Source of the DNA: Hydrolagus affinis
Taxonomy: Eukaryota
Assembly (NCBI GenBank): GCA_012026655.1
Contig: JAAILG010000781.1
Coordinates: 1-64,000 of the forward strand
Direction of reading: 5' to 3'
Length of the DNA: 64,000 nt
Shown: positions 46,342-61,405 of the stretch, piece by piece
How the letters are laid out: each line of letters starts with the position of its first letter
Position numbering within the stretch: the first letter of the stretch is position 1
The notes under the pieces: model-generated
What the model was told of the DNA's origin: nothing
Databases searched by the model: none
Seen by the model: the letters and a program-made list of their open reading frames with translations, nothing else
Position numbers and translations under genes: made by a program

Positions 46342-47929
46342 CTGAAATGGCAAAAACAATTTTGTTTTTCAAATGATTAGGTCAAAACAGTCAAATCACT
46401 GTCTGGTGGAGAGGAAGTGATGAAACAATTCTGTTAACAAGATGACATTTCACCTTTTGAATCCAGATCAACGTTCTGCGGTTGGTTGCTACCTGGTGTA
46501 TTTTAATTGAAAATAATATCTACATGATATGCACATGCTGACATTCATGTCACAAGCACAATATTAAATTCAAAGCTAAAATAATCTCTAGGGATAAACT
46601 CTTGTATTTTTAATTTGCCAACATCATTGAACACTCAAGCACATTAACCACTGTGTGGGCAACAAGCAGAGAATTACTGGGAGTGGGGGGGTTACATTAA
46701 TGTGCTGAGGAGATCATACATTACGCAATGTTTTTATTTCAATATACAGCATTTTTTAAAAATTCACCATAGATCGATCTAATATAAAGCTCTTAATCGC
46801 ATTCAGTGTTCAGGGTGATTAGTGGTACAAGAATTGTTGCTAAGCTAAGCAATGGTAAACAGTGAAGTAAGTACACAAAAAGAGTTAGGCTGAGTCACTC
46901 TCAACTAGAGCTGAACACTCAGCAATCTACATGATTTACAATCATGTGAGAAACAGCAGTGATTTCCAATAATAAGCTACAAAACAAGCAAACAAATCAT
47001 TCAGGGTGTATTGACACTGGGTACGGTCAGGTTTCACTTTCCACAATCTTTCAGCTTCTTAAGGGAAATACGATCAGTCTGAAAATTCACACTTAATTTA
47101 ATGGTCTGTAACCCCCGTTCATCATCATATATTATTTAGTAATGTTGTGGCAAAAAAATTACGGTTTGAGATTCCGTCAACACCGTGCGAATCAATCAAT
47201 TAACATTACAAACTCAGAATACTGAGACAATATTTGAATCAACGTATGAGCTTTGACTGTCGAGATTTATTAGTATTTCAAGTTGTATATTTTCTATTGC
47301 CTTCCATACTTTTTGCCTCTTCGTAATTTTATCGGGTACTGCTCGTCTAAAATTCTGGATTTTGGATGCCTACTGAGGCAGAAGTGTCATTGTTGCTACC
47401 TGATGCCACTAACAATGTAATAAGCAATTATTCCTCGTTGCTAAGAAAATGCGACAAATAGCTACACTTTTAATGCCACTATGACTACGATCAATATAAA
47501 TGCTACGAACAAGTGCAATCGTTACTCACAACTGAATGTCAAAACAGTGTAAGATGGCAAAAAAAAGTGAAAAGAACACTGAGCTAAAAATCAGCTCAGA
47601 ACCCCAACTCAACACTGCTCTTGCTGCATATGAAACACTACATGCAGTTTTTGTTGCTACAACATAAGAGGGTCATCTAGGCTCTATAGACAGTGCAGAG
47701 AATACTGATCTCCACTGCTTTAAGGATAAGCTCTGAGGAACAACCTAGGGGTTCTTAAGGTTCAGAGGGGATCTTATAGAAAAGTATAGGATAGTAATCC
47801 TTGTTTCCTGGCAAAGACATAAGAAACCCTCTTTCTCTTTTTATACAGTATTTTCATTTCTGTTGCGAGTGACTGAATACTGGTCAAAGCTTAGGCATAC
47901 TTAAAACTAGCTAACATTGAAATGCTCAC

Positions 47930-48091
47930 CTTATTTATCCAGAAAACCATGGCATCTTCTAGATCGTATGGCAATTCCTTCGAGGCACTAAATGTGGAGA
48001 ACCGCTTCACTGAGGCCACGACTTTTTCAATGCTGATCATCTCTACTGTGTACGCCATCATCAGAGCATCGATCAATGCCATGTGGGCATT
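47930..48091 (-). CDS. CAMSAP1: CAMSAP1 exon
   Basis: NAHMALIDALMMAYTVEMISIEKVVASVKRFSTFSASKELPYDLEDAMVFWINK. Confidence 0.96.
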
Positions 48092-49725
48092 CTAGAGTGG
48101 AAACAGTGTTATGTATAACACTCTTATACAACCATGTTTAGGAAACGTTGATACATTTGAGGTTTTCATCACCGACCAGAACCAGGAACTACACATAATG
48201 CAACCGTTTATCAACCTAGTTTTTTTATTTGGAATCCAGAGAACCTTTTCTCCATTACACCAGCACATACCACAACTTTAAGCACTGAAGACAATTTTAT
48301 TTGTCTCACCGTATTTAGGCTTGAAAATGTTTGCTTATCCACTAGAATTTCACATGTATGACACCAAGTACTGCACATGAAAGACAAGGCATTATGTATC
48401 TGTTGGTTAAACCATTAAAAACACAAAGAGAAAAAGCCTAGAGCAGTTGGAATGCAATGACATAATTTAGGCTTTTCAAATGCAACAAATTGGATTAGAC
48501 ACTGATTAGAGACTAGAGTACAAAGGTTATAGGAGACAAAACTTTGCAAAATTTCAGGTATGTACTGGTGTAATGAACACATAAAAATAAATGAAGCAGC
48601 TTCTCAAACTTCACACAATATCGTTTTTTCCCTTTAACATTAATGAGCTCTGAGTAAATGTCGATGCTCAGAGGGTCTGAAGAATGTGAAGGTTTATTCA
48701 TCATCATTAATGGGTTTGCACTCATTACACTGATGAACTGCAAGATGAAGGATTCTGGCAACAATTGAAGCTTTTCACAATTGTTAAAGAGTGCTACAGA
48801 GCGTCCTGAATAAGGCCATTTGGTACAGTGCTGATTCACTGAAGTCGAACAGTGATGTGTGTGTAACAATTTGTTGGTTCGAGAATATTCTTATTATAGT
48901 AATTCATTTTATATTCAACTTACCACTGCAACTTTGACCACCAGCTGAGAAAAACCTAAATTTAAAAATAAACCGGGAAGCCCTGAAATTTCTATTTAAA
49001 TACAGCAGCTAGCATTCGGAAATTCAATACAGTTACTGGACCTTGAATGAAAGCTGATAAAATCACATGATTTCTACCGCACAATTTCTCCCAACTGCCT
49101 ACAAATACAGTTGTAGAAATATTTAAGGAAGTTTAAAGACATGTGTATATATCAATTGAAAGTCAATAATGCCTTTTCAATTCATGCATTAATCCCATCA
49201 ATCTTGTGATTCAGGTGAAGTTGAAAATTCTGGCCACCATTTTCAATGTTGCTTTCTCTCTATTCATCACATTACACTTTAAGATTGAGTAACAATTCAC
49301 AGCTAAATAGGACCCAATCGTTTCATGTGTAATCTTTCTTAGTTGAATAATATTTTGACAGAAAATCCTACAATTAGATATTTTTCTATCCCAAATTGAT
49401 TGAATAACCTTTGAGATATTCATGATGACAATTATCTTTACCCAACGTGAGGATTGTTTAAAACTGTGAATATTGCAGTATTTATACTACAGTTGGGATG
49501 ACCACAATGAATAGGGGGGGCAATTCCGTTTAATTATTTGGCTTTTCTCACTCCTGATAGGGAACAAGAGGCCATTTTGGTGATTCAAAAAATGATAAAC
49601 CTGATTCAGAATTACTAAATACCAGCTACCATAGCTATCACATAGCTAACTGCTATTGTAAAAAAAACTCACAAAACAGCCCTCGTTGCAAAAGGTAACA
49701 TAGATCAGGGTAGAATTTCTCTTAC

Positions 49726-49988
49726 CATCTTGATTGGAGATTGCGTGAGATCAGACTCTGAAACCGGCATGTCGTCACTCTCCATGACGTAGATGCCTTT
49801 GCGTGACAACGCATGGATGACAGGCTGGTGACCCTGCAGGGCAGCCACCTGATCCCCTTTGAGAATGAGACTGCAGACACGACAATACAGTTCACTTGAC
49901 AGCAGCAGCTTGATGACGGGTGGTTTAATGTGTTCCTGATCATACTGGTCGGTGTAGAAAGCATCCCTCAAATCCTCAGGGATGTTAT
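49726..49988 (-). CDS. CAMSAP1: CAMSAP1 second coding exon (first coding exon is outside the window, >14 kb away)
   Basis: (D)NIPEDLRDAFYTDQYDQEHIKPPVIKLLLSSELYCRVCSLILKGDQVAALQGHQPVIHALSRKGIYVMESDD...SPIKM; phase-1 acceptor; no upstream exon recognised in 50-64 kb. Confidence 0.95.
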
Positions 49989-52539
49989 CTGCAATGAAAC
50001 ATAGAGAGATTAAGACAATCTCAACACATTTGCAGCTGCGCATCCCATCTCCAGTTAATAGAAAATGAGAATTTCAATTTTCTATTTCTAATCTAGGAAT
50101 ACATTTTTACGCAATCCAATGACAATACAATTCCTTGGGATTCAGAGTTTGCAATTTGTGGAACAATACAAAAATGTGGGGTCATTTATAATCTCATAAA
50201 TTATAATTATATAAAATATGAAACTTAAATTATCTTAATTACATTTTCTGAATCAAAACTAATTTGGTGAATAATCGTTTCTATGTTAGATTAAACTGAA
50301 TCTTACACAATCCATAGAACCTTGACAGTTGGCTATAGAATACACAGTCATGAAATTCTACAGTATAACCTATAAATGGCTTTGACATCCACCCAATGTG
50401 GAACGCGCCATATATCAAATGCAAAGACAATTATTACATCCTAACGCACAGTTGATGATAAGCCTTAAGGAAGCAGATTCTGAAGGGAGGCTGAGGGACA
50501 AATCAAAGGGAATCCAAGGATAAAGTTCCAGAGAGGAGGGACAGAAGGTAAAAAAATGTCAAGCAGGCCAGTTTTTACCGAGTGGAGAAAGCAGCTGGGA
50601 CAGTAGAGTCACAGAAGGTTACAAAGGTATGGCGAGGCTTTGAAGGCATCTGTATATGAGGATGAGAATCCTGAGTTCAATCCACTGGGAGATGGGGGGC
50701 CAGATGAGCTGAGCAAGGATGGTACGATGAACTCAAAAGAACCTGGTGAAGGAGAGGACAAAACCTGCAGAGTTCTGGATGGTCTGCACTTGTATAGAGG
50801 AGCCGGGTTGATATTTGATACAAATACAATTCAGACACATTTAATCTGTCCTATGGGGACATATGAATGGACTAAATGCTGTGAGAGAAATAGAAATGCT
50901 GCATAAAGTTACATGAGAAATAGAAAAAATGAAGTTAAAGCAAATTACCTTTGGTTTCCTATTTATTTTGGCAGCCAATTAATAGATTTAAATTGTGAAA
51001 GGCAAGTGTAATTTTGTTCTTGTTGTTATTATCTTTGAAAGAAATTCAACAGATTTAGAAAGGATAACACAAATCTCTTTAATTAGCAGAATCAAGAGGA
51101 TTAATTAAATTAATTGTGTGCAATTATGTCTGAAAGTGGATTACAGGAGATGATAATCTGAGCCAGTCTAGAAAAATGTAATTTTGAAATATTACAATCT
51201 TACTTGGAAAGTATTTTCTGGAATTGTACTCATTGCACTTCTTTCTGCACACTATTTTTAAAATAACAAAGCTGTACGCTTTAGCTCTGAGGTGAAATTA
51301 ACAAAGTAATCTCATCAAGGAAGAACCAAACTATAGTATCGTAGTAACTTCCAGTAATGCTGTTCAATCTGTGCGATCACGACCAACAATAGCCAATTTC
51401 CCCACTCCAGCCCCTGAGATGAGGACCCAAAGTATAGCATTAATACTAAGATCAGCTGAGACATCTGACTGGGTATTTACTAGAATAGAATACTGTTTTT
51501 AAAAAACAAAAAGGTTATCTCCCCCCAAAATTCATCAGTGGTAATTTGCAACTTGTCCTGTCTGACTGCACATTTGACCATCCCTTTAAATGGATTGAAA
51601 ATGTCCTTGGCGTTTCTAAATGATATTCGCAGATCATCTGCAAAGCAATTTTCTATTTTCAGTTACCACTACTCTTTCACTCAGCTCTCAACTCCCTTAA
51701 ATCTACTTTAGAGTTTCAGTCCTATAATTATAATTCTCAACGCCTTGGGACGTCCTCCCAATGTGAAAGGCGCTATACAAATGTAATTTTGTTGTGGTAC
51801 CCCCTGAGATATTTTCTGTAAGTTTCCAGAATCACCTCAGTCAATCGCTCCCTCCTTCCCCACCCTCTTCAGCTATCAAACCCATCTTCTCATCCAGCAT
51901 GTTTTAAGACACCCTCCCAATGTAAAAGACACTATATAAATGTAAATTATATTGAACTGCTTTTTGCATCTATTAGGTACCTTCCATCAAGCCTGTTGCA
52001 AGTTAATATCCCTAGAAATTATTTGAAATGGGAGATTTTCTTGGTGTCCTGGCCAAGAATCCCTTGATAAAATTGCTCATTCAAATCCTAGCTGTTTGGG
52101 GGGCATTGCTGCATGCAAATCGATTGCTGAGTTTCCCTTCAGATATGATCACATTACAGTGAAACCTATGAAGTGCTTTAAGACTGATGTGAAACGGCAC
52201 TAGATCAATGGCAAGGATTATCATTATTAATTACTTTTTTTGAAACTGCTGTTAGCAGATTAATGTCAGAATATGTTTTTAAACCTACAATTTAATTTGG
52301 GGGTTCAGGTGGCATCTATAAACCACTCAAGGTTTGCTATGACATTAACATTCCAGTAAATTATACTTTCTCCAGTCATTATACCCCAAGGTACAAAAAA
52401 GAAAGGTCAAGTTAATTTTGTCAAGTTAATTACAGACTCAATATTTATAAGGAGAATATAAACTTTGCACAATAATGGGTAAAGAATTTACAATACATCA
52501 TATGATCTTAACAACATCACAGTGATATAGAATCAATCA

Positions 52540-52930
52540 TAATAATAATCCTTGCATTTGATTTGATAAAAGCGCTTTTCACATCTTCTAGACATCTCAA
52601 AGCATTTCACAGAATATAATAAGAAGAATCCTTGCAATTGATATAGCGCTTTTCACATCTTATCAACGTCTCAAAGCGCTTCACAGAATATACTGTAAGG
52701 TGAATTGACTGAATATTTGTGGGCGAAAAGTGGCAGCCAATTGCGCTGCAGTGTCCCACAAACAGATGTGGATTGAAAATGACCAATTTTATTATTGTGT
52801 TTTTTTTGGACAGATTATTATCAGGCATGTGGAGCAAGCAAACTTGCCCCAGGTTTCGCCCTGCCTGGATCGAAACCAGGTCTATCGCTTCCAAGGCTTC
52901 AGTGCTCTAACCACTGAGCTGCAGGACACC
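52540..52930 (-). mobile_element. Full-length SINE plus an adjacent tandem tail fragment
   Basis: Two consecutive reverse-complement tails (52540-52615 and 52617 onward), ending in ctctaaccactgagctgcaggacacc. Confidence 0.9.
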
Positions 52931-55900
52931 ACTGACATTATTGTATTGCAGGAAGAATATTTCCATAAATATTTTGCTATTTATTCAGAACATGTTGGAA
53001 AGAAAGTGTTCATCTGTGATATTCCACTTTCCAAATTATGTTAAATGATGCACGTGTATGAAAGTTGAAAATAAAAATGATACTGAAAGATAAGAATTTA
53101 CATTTTATGCAAATGTTTCCAAAAGATAATTGCTTAATTCTGGCAACAGGACATGAAAAGGGTACAGCAAAGTGGTGAGCTTTAAAGAGCAACCTTTTTT
53201 AAAAAAAATCACCATCTTGTGTGTTTTTTCAGTTCATTACACTGTTTACTGCTGCGAGCAGTATTACGTGGTTACTCTGCCCAGATACAGCTCGGGGCTC
53301 CTAAACGCAACCTGAATGATTGGTTGAGCGTGGAGAAATCATTACTGGTGTTTTCCCGAGCGTAAACGTCAAAGTCAAATCATTCTTCTAGTGCATGGTT
53401 ATTTTATTCACAGGTGGGATGGATCTATGGTAATACAAGCAATAAAACATTATCTTGTTGTCTTGTCATCTTTCAGTCTCTCACCAAGGTTTTTTTTAAT
53501 ACAAAAAACTAATTGGACACAATAATTTTTGTTAATTCTCTCTTTCTCTCCACCCCAACACCCCCTCCCCATTAGTATATGCTTCTGTTCCTGTTCTATT
53601 GGGATTGCAGCTCAATAAGCATTAGTTAGTTACCCTATGCTATCCCGTTAAAGTAGCCTTTGTTCTGTCAAAGGTGCCTTGTCAACGTGTGATGTCAGGC
53701 TATTTTACTGTTGAGGGCATCACAGCCTAGAACATCTCTTCCCCGCCCAATTTTCCACACATTATGTTGGAAATAGTTCTGCAGATGAACTGATGATGAA
53801 ACTGCACTGCTAAATGGATTTACACATAAGCCAAGGGAAAGGACGGTAAAACAACAAAACGGTAAAACAACAAAATCAATTCTGAGTGGATGATAAAAAA
53901 AATTCTCAATGTAGAAAATTATCCTTTATATTCACTGGCCACCATCTTTCTATAGGTTCCATTGATCATTCTTAGTTTTGCAATTCTACAATTTTTTTTT
54001 TTTCCTTTTAGAAACCACACTCAAAACAAATAAGAACCCTTTCTATGTCTCCAGCCATCTTATTGCATGCTTTCAGCTTCAAACAAAGGCCTCGGCAATC
54101 AAAGAGCTCATCTTTGAAGATATAAAAATTCAAACAACAGACTGGATTTCACACAAAAGTCAGTTCAACAAAAGCACTCAGTGGGAGCAAGGAGTGTTTG
54201 CGCTAAACCATCAATCTTCTTTTAATAGCCTAAACTCTATTCTCATCAATTGACGCTACAAGATAGCTGCTTAATCAGTTAATCCATCATAATAATAATC
54301 CTTGCATTTGAAATCACAGGGGTAGAAATACCCTTTCTACCCCACATCCATGCTATGACCTGCTCTATTTTCCCCCACCTCCGTAACATTGCCCGGCTCC
54401 TCCACTGTCTACACCGCCGGCTGCCGAAACTCTTAAATACATGTATTCATTAACAGTCAGGCATGACTACGCAAACTCATTGATTGTCGGCCTCGCTAAC
54501 TCCTCCTTCCAGTTATGTAGCTTATTTGCTATTTTCTTCTCATGGGAATCAAACAAGTACAATGCTACTGTACCGGCATTGTAATTGTACGTAACTGGAA
54601 AATGCAATGCAAAGGCTAGGATAGTCATATAAACAGTGCACTCTATTGCAGACACATTACAGGAAATGCTGTTTGCTATAATATGACTGGAATGGAGTGT
54701 CATGCCTGTCTGTATATTTACAAAATGTGAAGAGACTTGAATGGATTTGTTTATTTGTTTTCAATCTTTGAATGAAGTCTTTACAAATAATTTATACTGA
54801 ATCCAGAAAGGTTGAGCAATCAATAATAGTTGAGAAACAATAAATCTACTGTTATCAAAGCAAATTTTTCAGCACTAGGAAAAGCTGGAAAGCAAATACT
54901 GCACATCCTTTCCATTAGAATAAATGTACACATGGTTTTTCCTGTGAAGTATTATTTAAATTTTAAAAGGCGATAAGGAATAAATAAAACTACACATATC
55001 CTTATGGTATTGAAACTAAACTATACAATTTAATGTACTTCTAAGGTTTCCCAGCTGTTACAGACCATTGATAACCAGTACAGTTAAACTATTTCCCCAG
55101 GCTATATACACTGCCATCCCTCTACAGTCCAAACTGCAACATGAAGCACAAAACATGAACCAACTCCCAATTGTCATACACTAAATGATCTACTTTATGT
55201 TGCCTCCAAGTTATATTAATCTACTTTGAATTTCATCATAAAACCAACAATGGTAGTAACATGATGAAGTAAATGTGTACATTGCTAAAAGGTGAGAGCA
55301 AAGTGTCTGGTTTAACATTTGGGGTATGTGAATTGGTTTTGAAACAACAACAAAGAATTAGCAATGGAATTATAGAAGGCACAGCAAAATCTGTCTATTC
55401 CATTAATTAAAATAATGACACCATGCAAGGTCCTGTGTCATATGGTAGTAATGAATTAAGACACCTACAGCATACTAACTGCTTCATGACCATTAAAAAC
55501 CTTGTTGGTGTAAATATTCAAATTAAAATTATTATCTAATTGTGTTATTCAGATGAATATAGAAGTGCTTATGATCTCACAAAATCCCACAATAATTGCT
55601 CTGTCATCACTCCCGCATGATTCTCTACTGTGTTCACATAGCAATGCAATATCCTCCACCCTAAGTACCAATTTGACTCACTGAAGAAAATATAGCACTC
55701 CAGTCACCTTCTATAAAAATAGTTATCAACAATCCAGCAGTTGTTTAAGATTTCCACAAAGCCCAATTTTTAACTACAATGCCTACTGTATATTACAATC
55801 TATAGCATTTTATTGCACTCAGCAATGAATTGCAGAAAGGAATTTAGACTTTAATCTTACAGAGAGTTAAATAAAATTTCTGAGAGTCAATAGGATGCTG

Positions 55901-56509
55901 AGTATAACTTGCCAATGAGTTAAAGTCCACAGAAGTCATCCTGCAGCTGTACGGATCAGACTGCCCATGGAGTGACGTGTAGTTTCGGTTTGTCGCTACA
56001 ACAGACATCTAAGCGCTGTAAAGAAGCAGCGTAGACAGCATTATGCTGGGGGCTAATCCCCATCATAAATTGAATAAATTGAAAGGAGCAATTAGGTAAC
56101 TAAGCACTCTTTAAAAAAAGGCTCTGAGATTTAACTTTGAGATAATGTAACATCCCATCCGGACTGAAAGAGTAAATCTGGAACAATATTTTCACACCAA
56201 GACCAAAACAAGGATACAGATACTAATTAGCATTTCTCTTATACAGCAGAAACAAGTCGCCAGGAAGCTAGCAGACACATTTTAAGAAATGCAAGAATAT
56301 AATGGGATGACCCAGGGTTGGTATTCAACAATAATGTGCATTTAGCACCCTAACATAGCAACCTTCATGCAGGACTGCATCTCAAAGTGCTGTATTCTGG
56401 AACAATTAGATGAAATGAGCTGAAGTCTTCTTTATCTGAATTTCTTATGATCTCGAGTATGCTTAGCTATTTAATAGCTTCCAATCTTTATTATCATTTT
56501 TACTATCCT

Positions 56510-56740
56510 CCCCTTTCTGGAAGCCCCATCCCAGAAACACGTCAGCTTCTCCTTACCTTCATCTCCTTCAAGGTCCATCTCATGAACTTTCTCTTTGGCC
56601 ACACCTTTGGTCATTGCACCCAACCTTGGCCCCTAAGCCTCCTGAATCTAATTCCTAGCTTGGATGCAAACGCGAATGTTCAGCTCATGCGATTTCCTCC
56701 TGATGTGAAAAGCGGTAGATAAATGCAATTTGTTGCTGTT
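56510..56740 (+). mobile_element. L2-type LINE 3' end
   Basis: ctggaagccccatcccagaaac...ccttcaaggtccatctcatgaactttctctttggccacacctttggtc...gatgtgaaaagcggtagataaatgcaatttgttgctgttg. Confidence 0.7.
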
Positions 56741-59700
56741 GTACCTCCAAAGTTTATGGCATATGGTTACACCACATGGATGAATTTGGCATTGGTTTCA
56801 TTGAATGCATACTGTGAATTACTGCTTTTCAATTTGGTGACAAGTTCTTGTTTGTTATTCTCTATTATTACCCACTTACTATTTCAAATAGATGTTAGAC
56901 TTCTATCATGTTAGACTTCTAGTTGTGCTAAATATAAAGTAGCTCGATTAAATTTGACTGACTCCTCACTTTACCACGACTGGCCAAATCCAAATCAATG
57001 TGGGATCCTAGATAATGAAAGCTGTATTTCTGACTTCTTAGAACATGTCAACATTGAGATATTATTCATACATTAAGATGGATATCTGATCAACAGTTCA
57101 GAATTGGTCGCAATGATTATCTTACAAAATACATTGTAATTTTTTAAAACTTAGAAATAAGCCCCATATTTTCCACTAAAAATGTCATCTAGGGAAACAG
57201 ATTACTGTAACATAAACAGCAAAGTAATTTTCATTCAAGAATATCACACTACACCAGATTAACTGGAAGGTTTGTAAGAGACTCATACAGTTGAGAACTG
57301 ACTGTAATTACTGTGTTCCTTGTACATAATGTGGAAACTACATCATATATGTAAATATGTAATACACAGCAAGGGAATATGATTTAACTGGGACAAAATT
57401 GATCTCTCATAATTATACCAGTGGCTTAGGTTGTTCTTAGAATCCTATCTTGTTTGACTTGGAAGTCAAATGTACAGTTTTAAATGCACCTTTTATTCAG
57501 ATTATGCTTTGAATACAACCCTTTAAAGTACAAATCTTTCCCCTCCCACAATTTACTAAGCAGATGTCTGTTTGCCACATTACAATGCAACAGCTCAGAC
57601 AGACCCCTGTGCTTCTGCTGGAAAAATAAAGCCAATATCGCTAAGTAGATTTAAGACAAAGTTCAGTCGACATAAAGTGCAGATAAAACTATTCATTTTT
57701 TTCTGCTTAATGTGTGCATTGACAACAAAATTTATGCACGATATTAGACAATAATTAGCTGGAAGTGTGTACAAAGCTATAAAGCCATAAATGTTGAATA
57801 TCTGAACTCCAGTATTGAATTAGTCCAATGTTCGAGTGTGACTTTATATACTGCAAGCTTATGTGCTTAATCATCCAGCATGACCTAAGGTATTAATGCT
57901 GATCTCGTCATATGACTTAAAAATATACAGGAACACTTGACTACACTTCTAAAACATTGGCAGTGCTTACCAATTTAACATTGTTCCAGTTAGGGTTGGG
58001 TTTTAGAACTTGTACAACGAGCTACACAGGTGTTAACCTTCCCTTTTTTTTTTAGAAAACATGGATGAGAACAGCAACCACTCCTAAATGCATCATAATA
58101 GGCTGATGAAATCAAACTATGTTTTATATGGCACCTCCCAACGTGAAAGGCACTTGTATAAAAGCAATTTGATGTTGATAAATGAATACTAATATTGGTT
58201 TTGAAAACTATGCTAATCATCCTTGCATTGAAATAGCACTTTTCATGTCAGGAAGATATCATGAGATTCACTGTAGAGTAACTGTATTTGTATGCGAAGA
58301 TGGCAGCTAATCTGTACATGTCAATCCCCCATCAGCCACCAAATGAATTTTATCTCTAGAATTGATGGCCAGGACACTGGAAGAAATCCCAATCACTTTT
58401 TGAATTGTGCTATGAGCTCTTTAACATGAACCTGAACAGGCAGACAGAACAAGCATGTTGTCCAAAGATGACTGAGATGCAGGACTCTACTAAAACCCTG
58501 TATCGTCATACTATAAGTTCAAAATCCCAACAATCCCATCACACCCTTCTGACTCAAGAGGAATACTACTCACAGAGGCTACTCACGGAGTCTGGCTGAA
58601 TATTGAACTCCAATAATGCAGCATTTTCTTCTAATGAAAATAATTTTAAGTCAAAAGGATCAGATTTTACTCCCAGCTAATTTTCTCCCCCCAAAAAATG
58701 AAAACCAGTGAACCTATAGTCAATGACAGCATTACTGTTGTTTTGAGTTGTCTTTCTGTTCTTTTTATCCCACATACACAATAGCAGTAAAGACAGTGAA
58801 AAGTGCAGCAGCAGCAGTGATTCATTGATGTTGGAACTACTTTTAATAGAACTTGACTAACTCAATGCATTCTTTACAACCATGCAACACAGCAACATTG
58901 ACAAGCAAAGCAGCTTGTTTACCACAAACTGCCAGTTTACTTAAGTGAAGTAAACCACTATCAAAAGAGAGACAAACAACAACATAACTTCCTCTGCTAC
59001 CTGCATCAAAACAAACTTCTGTACTGTATTTGTCAACTGAACACATTTCCTAAACCTTTTTTTTTTAAAAAGTACCTGACAAGGGAAAGAGCAGTGAAAG
59101 TCCTCAAGAAACTCACAATAGATATAAGTATCTCACTCAAACCAGGAGGTCAAAGCAAAAATGGCATTCATACAATGGTAGGAATAGAACCTTCAATCAA
59201 TGAATAATCTCACTACAGAAATAGGTCTTGAATTTAGGCTTGCCAGCGAAACACAACTATTAAAAGGAAGATTACTGATAAGTGAGCAGTTCTTTATTCT
59301 TTTAACAATTCAGAAAGATAGTAAAAATAACAGTAAGGTGAAAGCTGCCTAAGTTGATAACTAACTTTATGTAATAACTTGGTCAGAACAAGCACTGGTC
59401 AATCAGGAAATTCACGCATATAAGGCAACATCAGGTTTAGCCTCTAATTCACTAACTATGAGCTGAAACCAAAGAAAACAAGTGTTTCTTTTACTAAAAA
59501 CAAAAACAGTACTATATTTATAGTTTAAATTACCGGTGCAAAGCTCACTATAAGTGATTCACGGTTTGTGAGACGGGATGATCGGGAGAATCTTGCTGCA
59601 CTTTAATCTCAATTTCTGATAGTATTAGGGGAATGGAAGAAATATGAATGGTGACATCAGTATCCAAGAGAAAGCCTCGAGGTAGACAGATCTATAGTCC

Positions 59701-60539
59701 TTCAACAGAAATAAGATGTTTGTCATGATTTAATCTCCCCAAAAGGTCTGTCGACTGGCTCCTGAGCAGGTATTGCTGAGATACTTCAATAATGTTCTCT
59801 ACTTCATCCAGATCCTGGAAGGAGAGCATCACCCTTTGGTTGATGAACATCCTGACTGATGCACCAAGAGAAGGTCCTACCTATCACATTAATGAACTGC
59901 ACCACTGCGCTGCAGTTTGTACACAAATTGACTGATCTGTGGCTGACTGCGTTGGAAATGTTTGAACGCGGGTTGAACTGCTGTTGATTCCAAGCATAGA
60001 AAATGTGTCAGCTTGATTACTGTGCAGTCCACTGCTCTTTGAACTGGATGTTATTTGTCCAATACAGAAGGTCATCATCAGCTACAAGTGAGAATTGTGA
60101 TAAAAGTCCATTGAAGAAGAAACAATTCTGACACTCTTAGAGATTGGAGAGGTTGCTCAGTCAATTTTGATCAAAGTTCCTGGCAAGCGACTATCTAAGT
60201 AGGTTTAAGTGAGGGATTTCCTTCGTAGCCCTAGAGGCAACAAAAATAGCTGTTGCAATTAAACAAAGGACATTCAAATAGTGGGATTGCAGACCCTTGA
60301 TACATAGGTTTTTAAAAAACAATGACTAGTTTTTAATCCTTAATATTCCATCTTGATTGAAAGAATCAAAATGGAGGAGGAATATTTTAATCTTAATTGC
60401 CGGCGGGAAAACTAGCAGAAGAATCTATCACAGGAAGTACTTCAGTTTGAGAACAGGATCTATCAGAAAAAGTTCAGTATTTCTATTTGAAAACATTCAC
60501 TAATAACTACAAAACTGCTTAGCTAAAGTTTGTTTAAAA

Positions 60540-60825
60540 ACAGCCAATTTCCACACAGCAGGTCCCACAAACAACCATCAATTAACCAATTTCATCTGGA
60601 GGACACCAAAAACTACCTTTTCTTTTTTAAAAGTGTCAAGAAATTGAATGAACATCCACCTGATCATCGAGAAGTGATCTCAGATTAATATTTCAACAAA
60701 AGGACATTATCGCTGATGATGCAGCACTCATCCAGTACTGCACTAAAGTGGCAGCCTAGAACATGTGGCTTGAACCCACAACCATCTGACTGAGAGGCAA
60801 AAGTACCAGCAACCGAGCCAAGTTG
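60540..60825 (-). mobile_element. Old DeuSINE (SacSINE1/AmnSINE-like) copy; similar degraded copies near 21830-21930, 52020-52230, 58360-58600 and 61720-61870
   Basis: Reverse complement reads cttggctcggttgctggtac...gcctctcagtcagatggttgtgggttcaagccac...ctaggctgccactttagtgcagtactgga...gtgctgca...caggtggatg...gtgggacctgctgtgtgg, matching the DeuSINE layout as I recall it. Confidence 0.65.
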
Positions 60826-61405
60826 GTAGTTCTCCAGCTGTTATAATAGTCATGTATTTCACTGTATCTTTCCCCCGATGTGAATATTCAGTTTAAGGAG
60901 AATGAATACAATGAATGAATACAAGAAAATTGTGCTTAAAATTAGTTTTTGGTCAAGTATGTTTATTGTCTAATAAGTATGAATTGCCTAACCAAACAGG
61001 CCAGCAACAAAAGGGTTACCCTGATAAAATAAACTATGATATATATCACATTCATATCAAGGGTTCGCGTATTAATGATGCAAGTTGTCCTGCTATTTCA
61101 ACACTTTTGCATATGTGAAGTGGATTGAGTACACACAGAAACTGGTAAAGCAGAGTATAGATAACATCAGCATTCCACTTTTGTTCAAATTATCTTTAAA
61201 TCATGCATTATATCAATACCAGTAAAGAAAAGTTAAAATGCTCTGAGGGTCAAAGAAAGTAAAGGGAGCCAATATTCACATATTCAATGCAAGGATCGTC
61301 GTCATCATCATTCATGACTCAAAACAATAGTCAATCCTAATTATTTTAGGCAATTCGTGGTTTCCAGTAATTAAGAATTAGCAGCTGTCATATTTTAAAA
61401 GGTTA

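Noticed and set aside
50640-50906. 88-aa ORF in CAMSAP1 intron 1
   Set aside because: Lies within a degraded antisense L2-like fragment (~50400-50800); no splice or motif support
53230-53400. Locally CpG-containing stretch with a CCAAT-like tgattggtt, as a possible alternative promoter or exon
   Set aside because: No convincing splice sites, ORF or CpG island; cannot be supported from sequence alone
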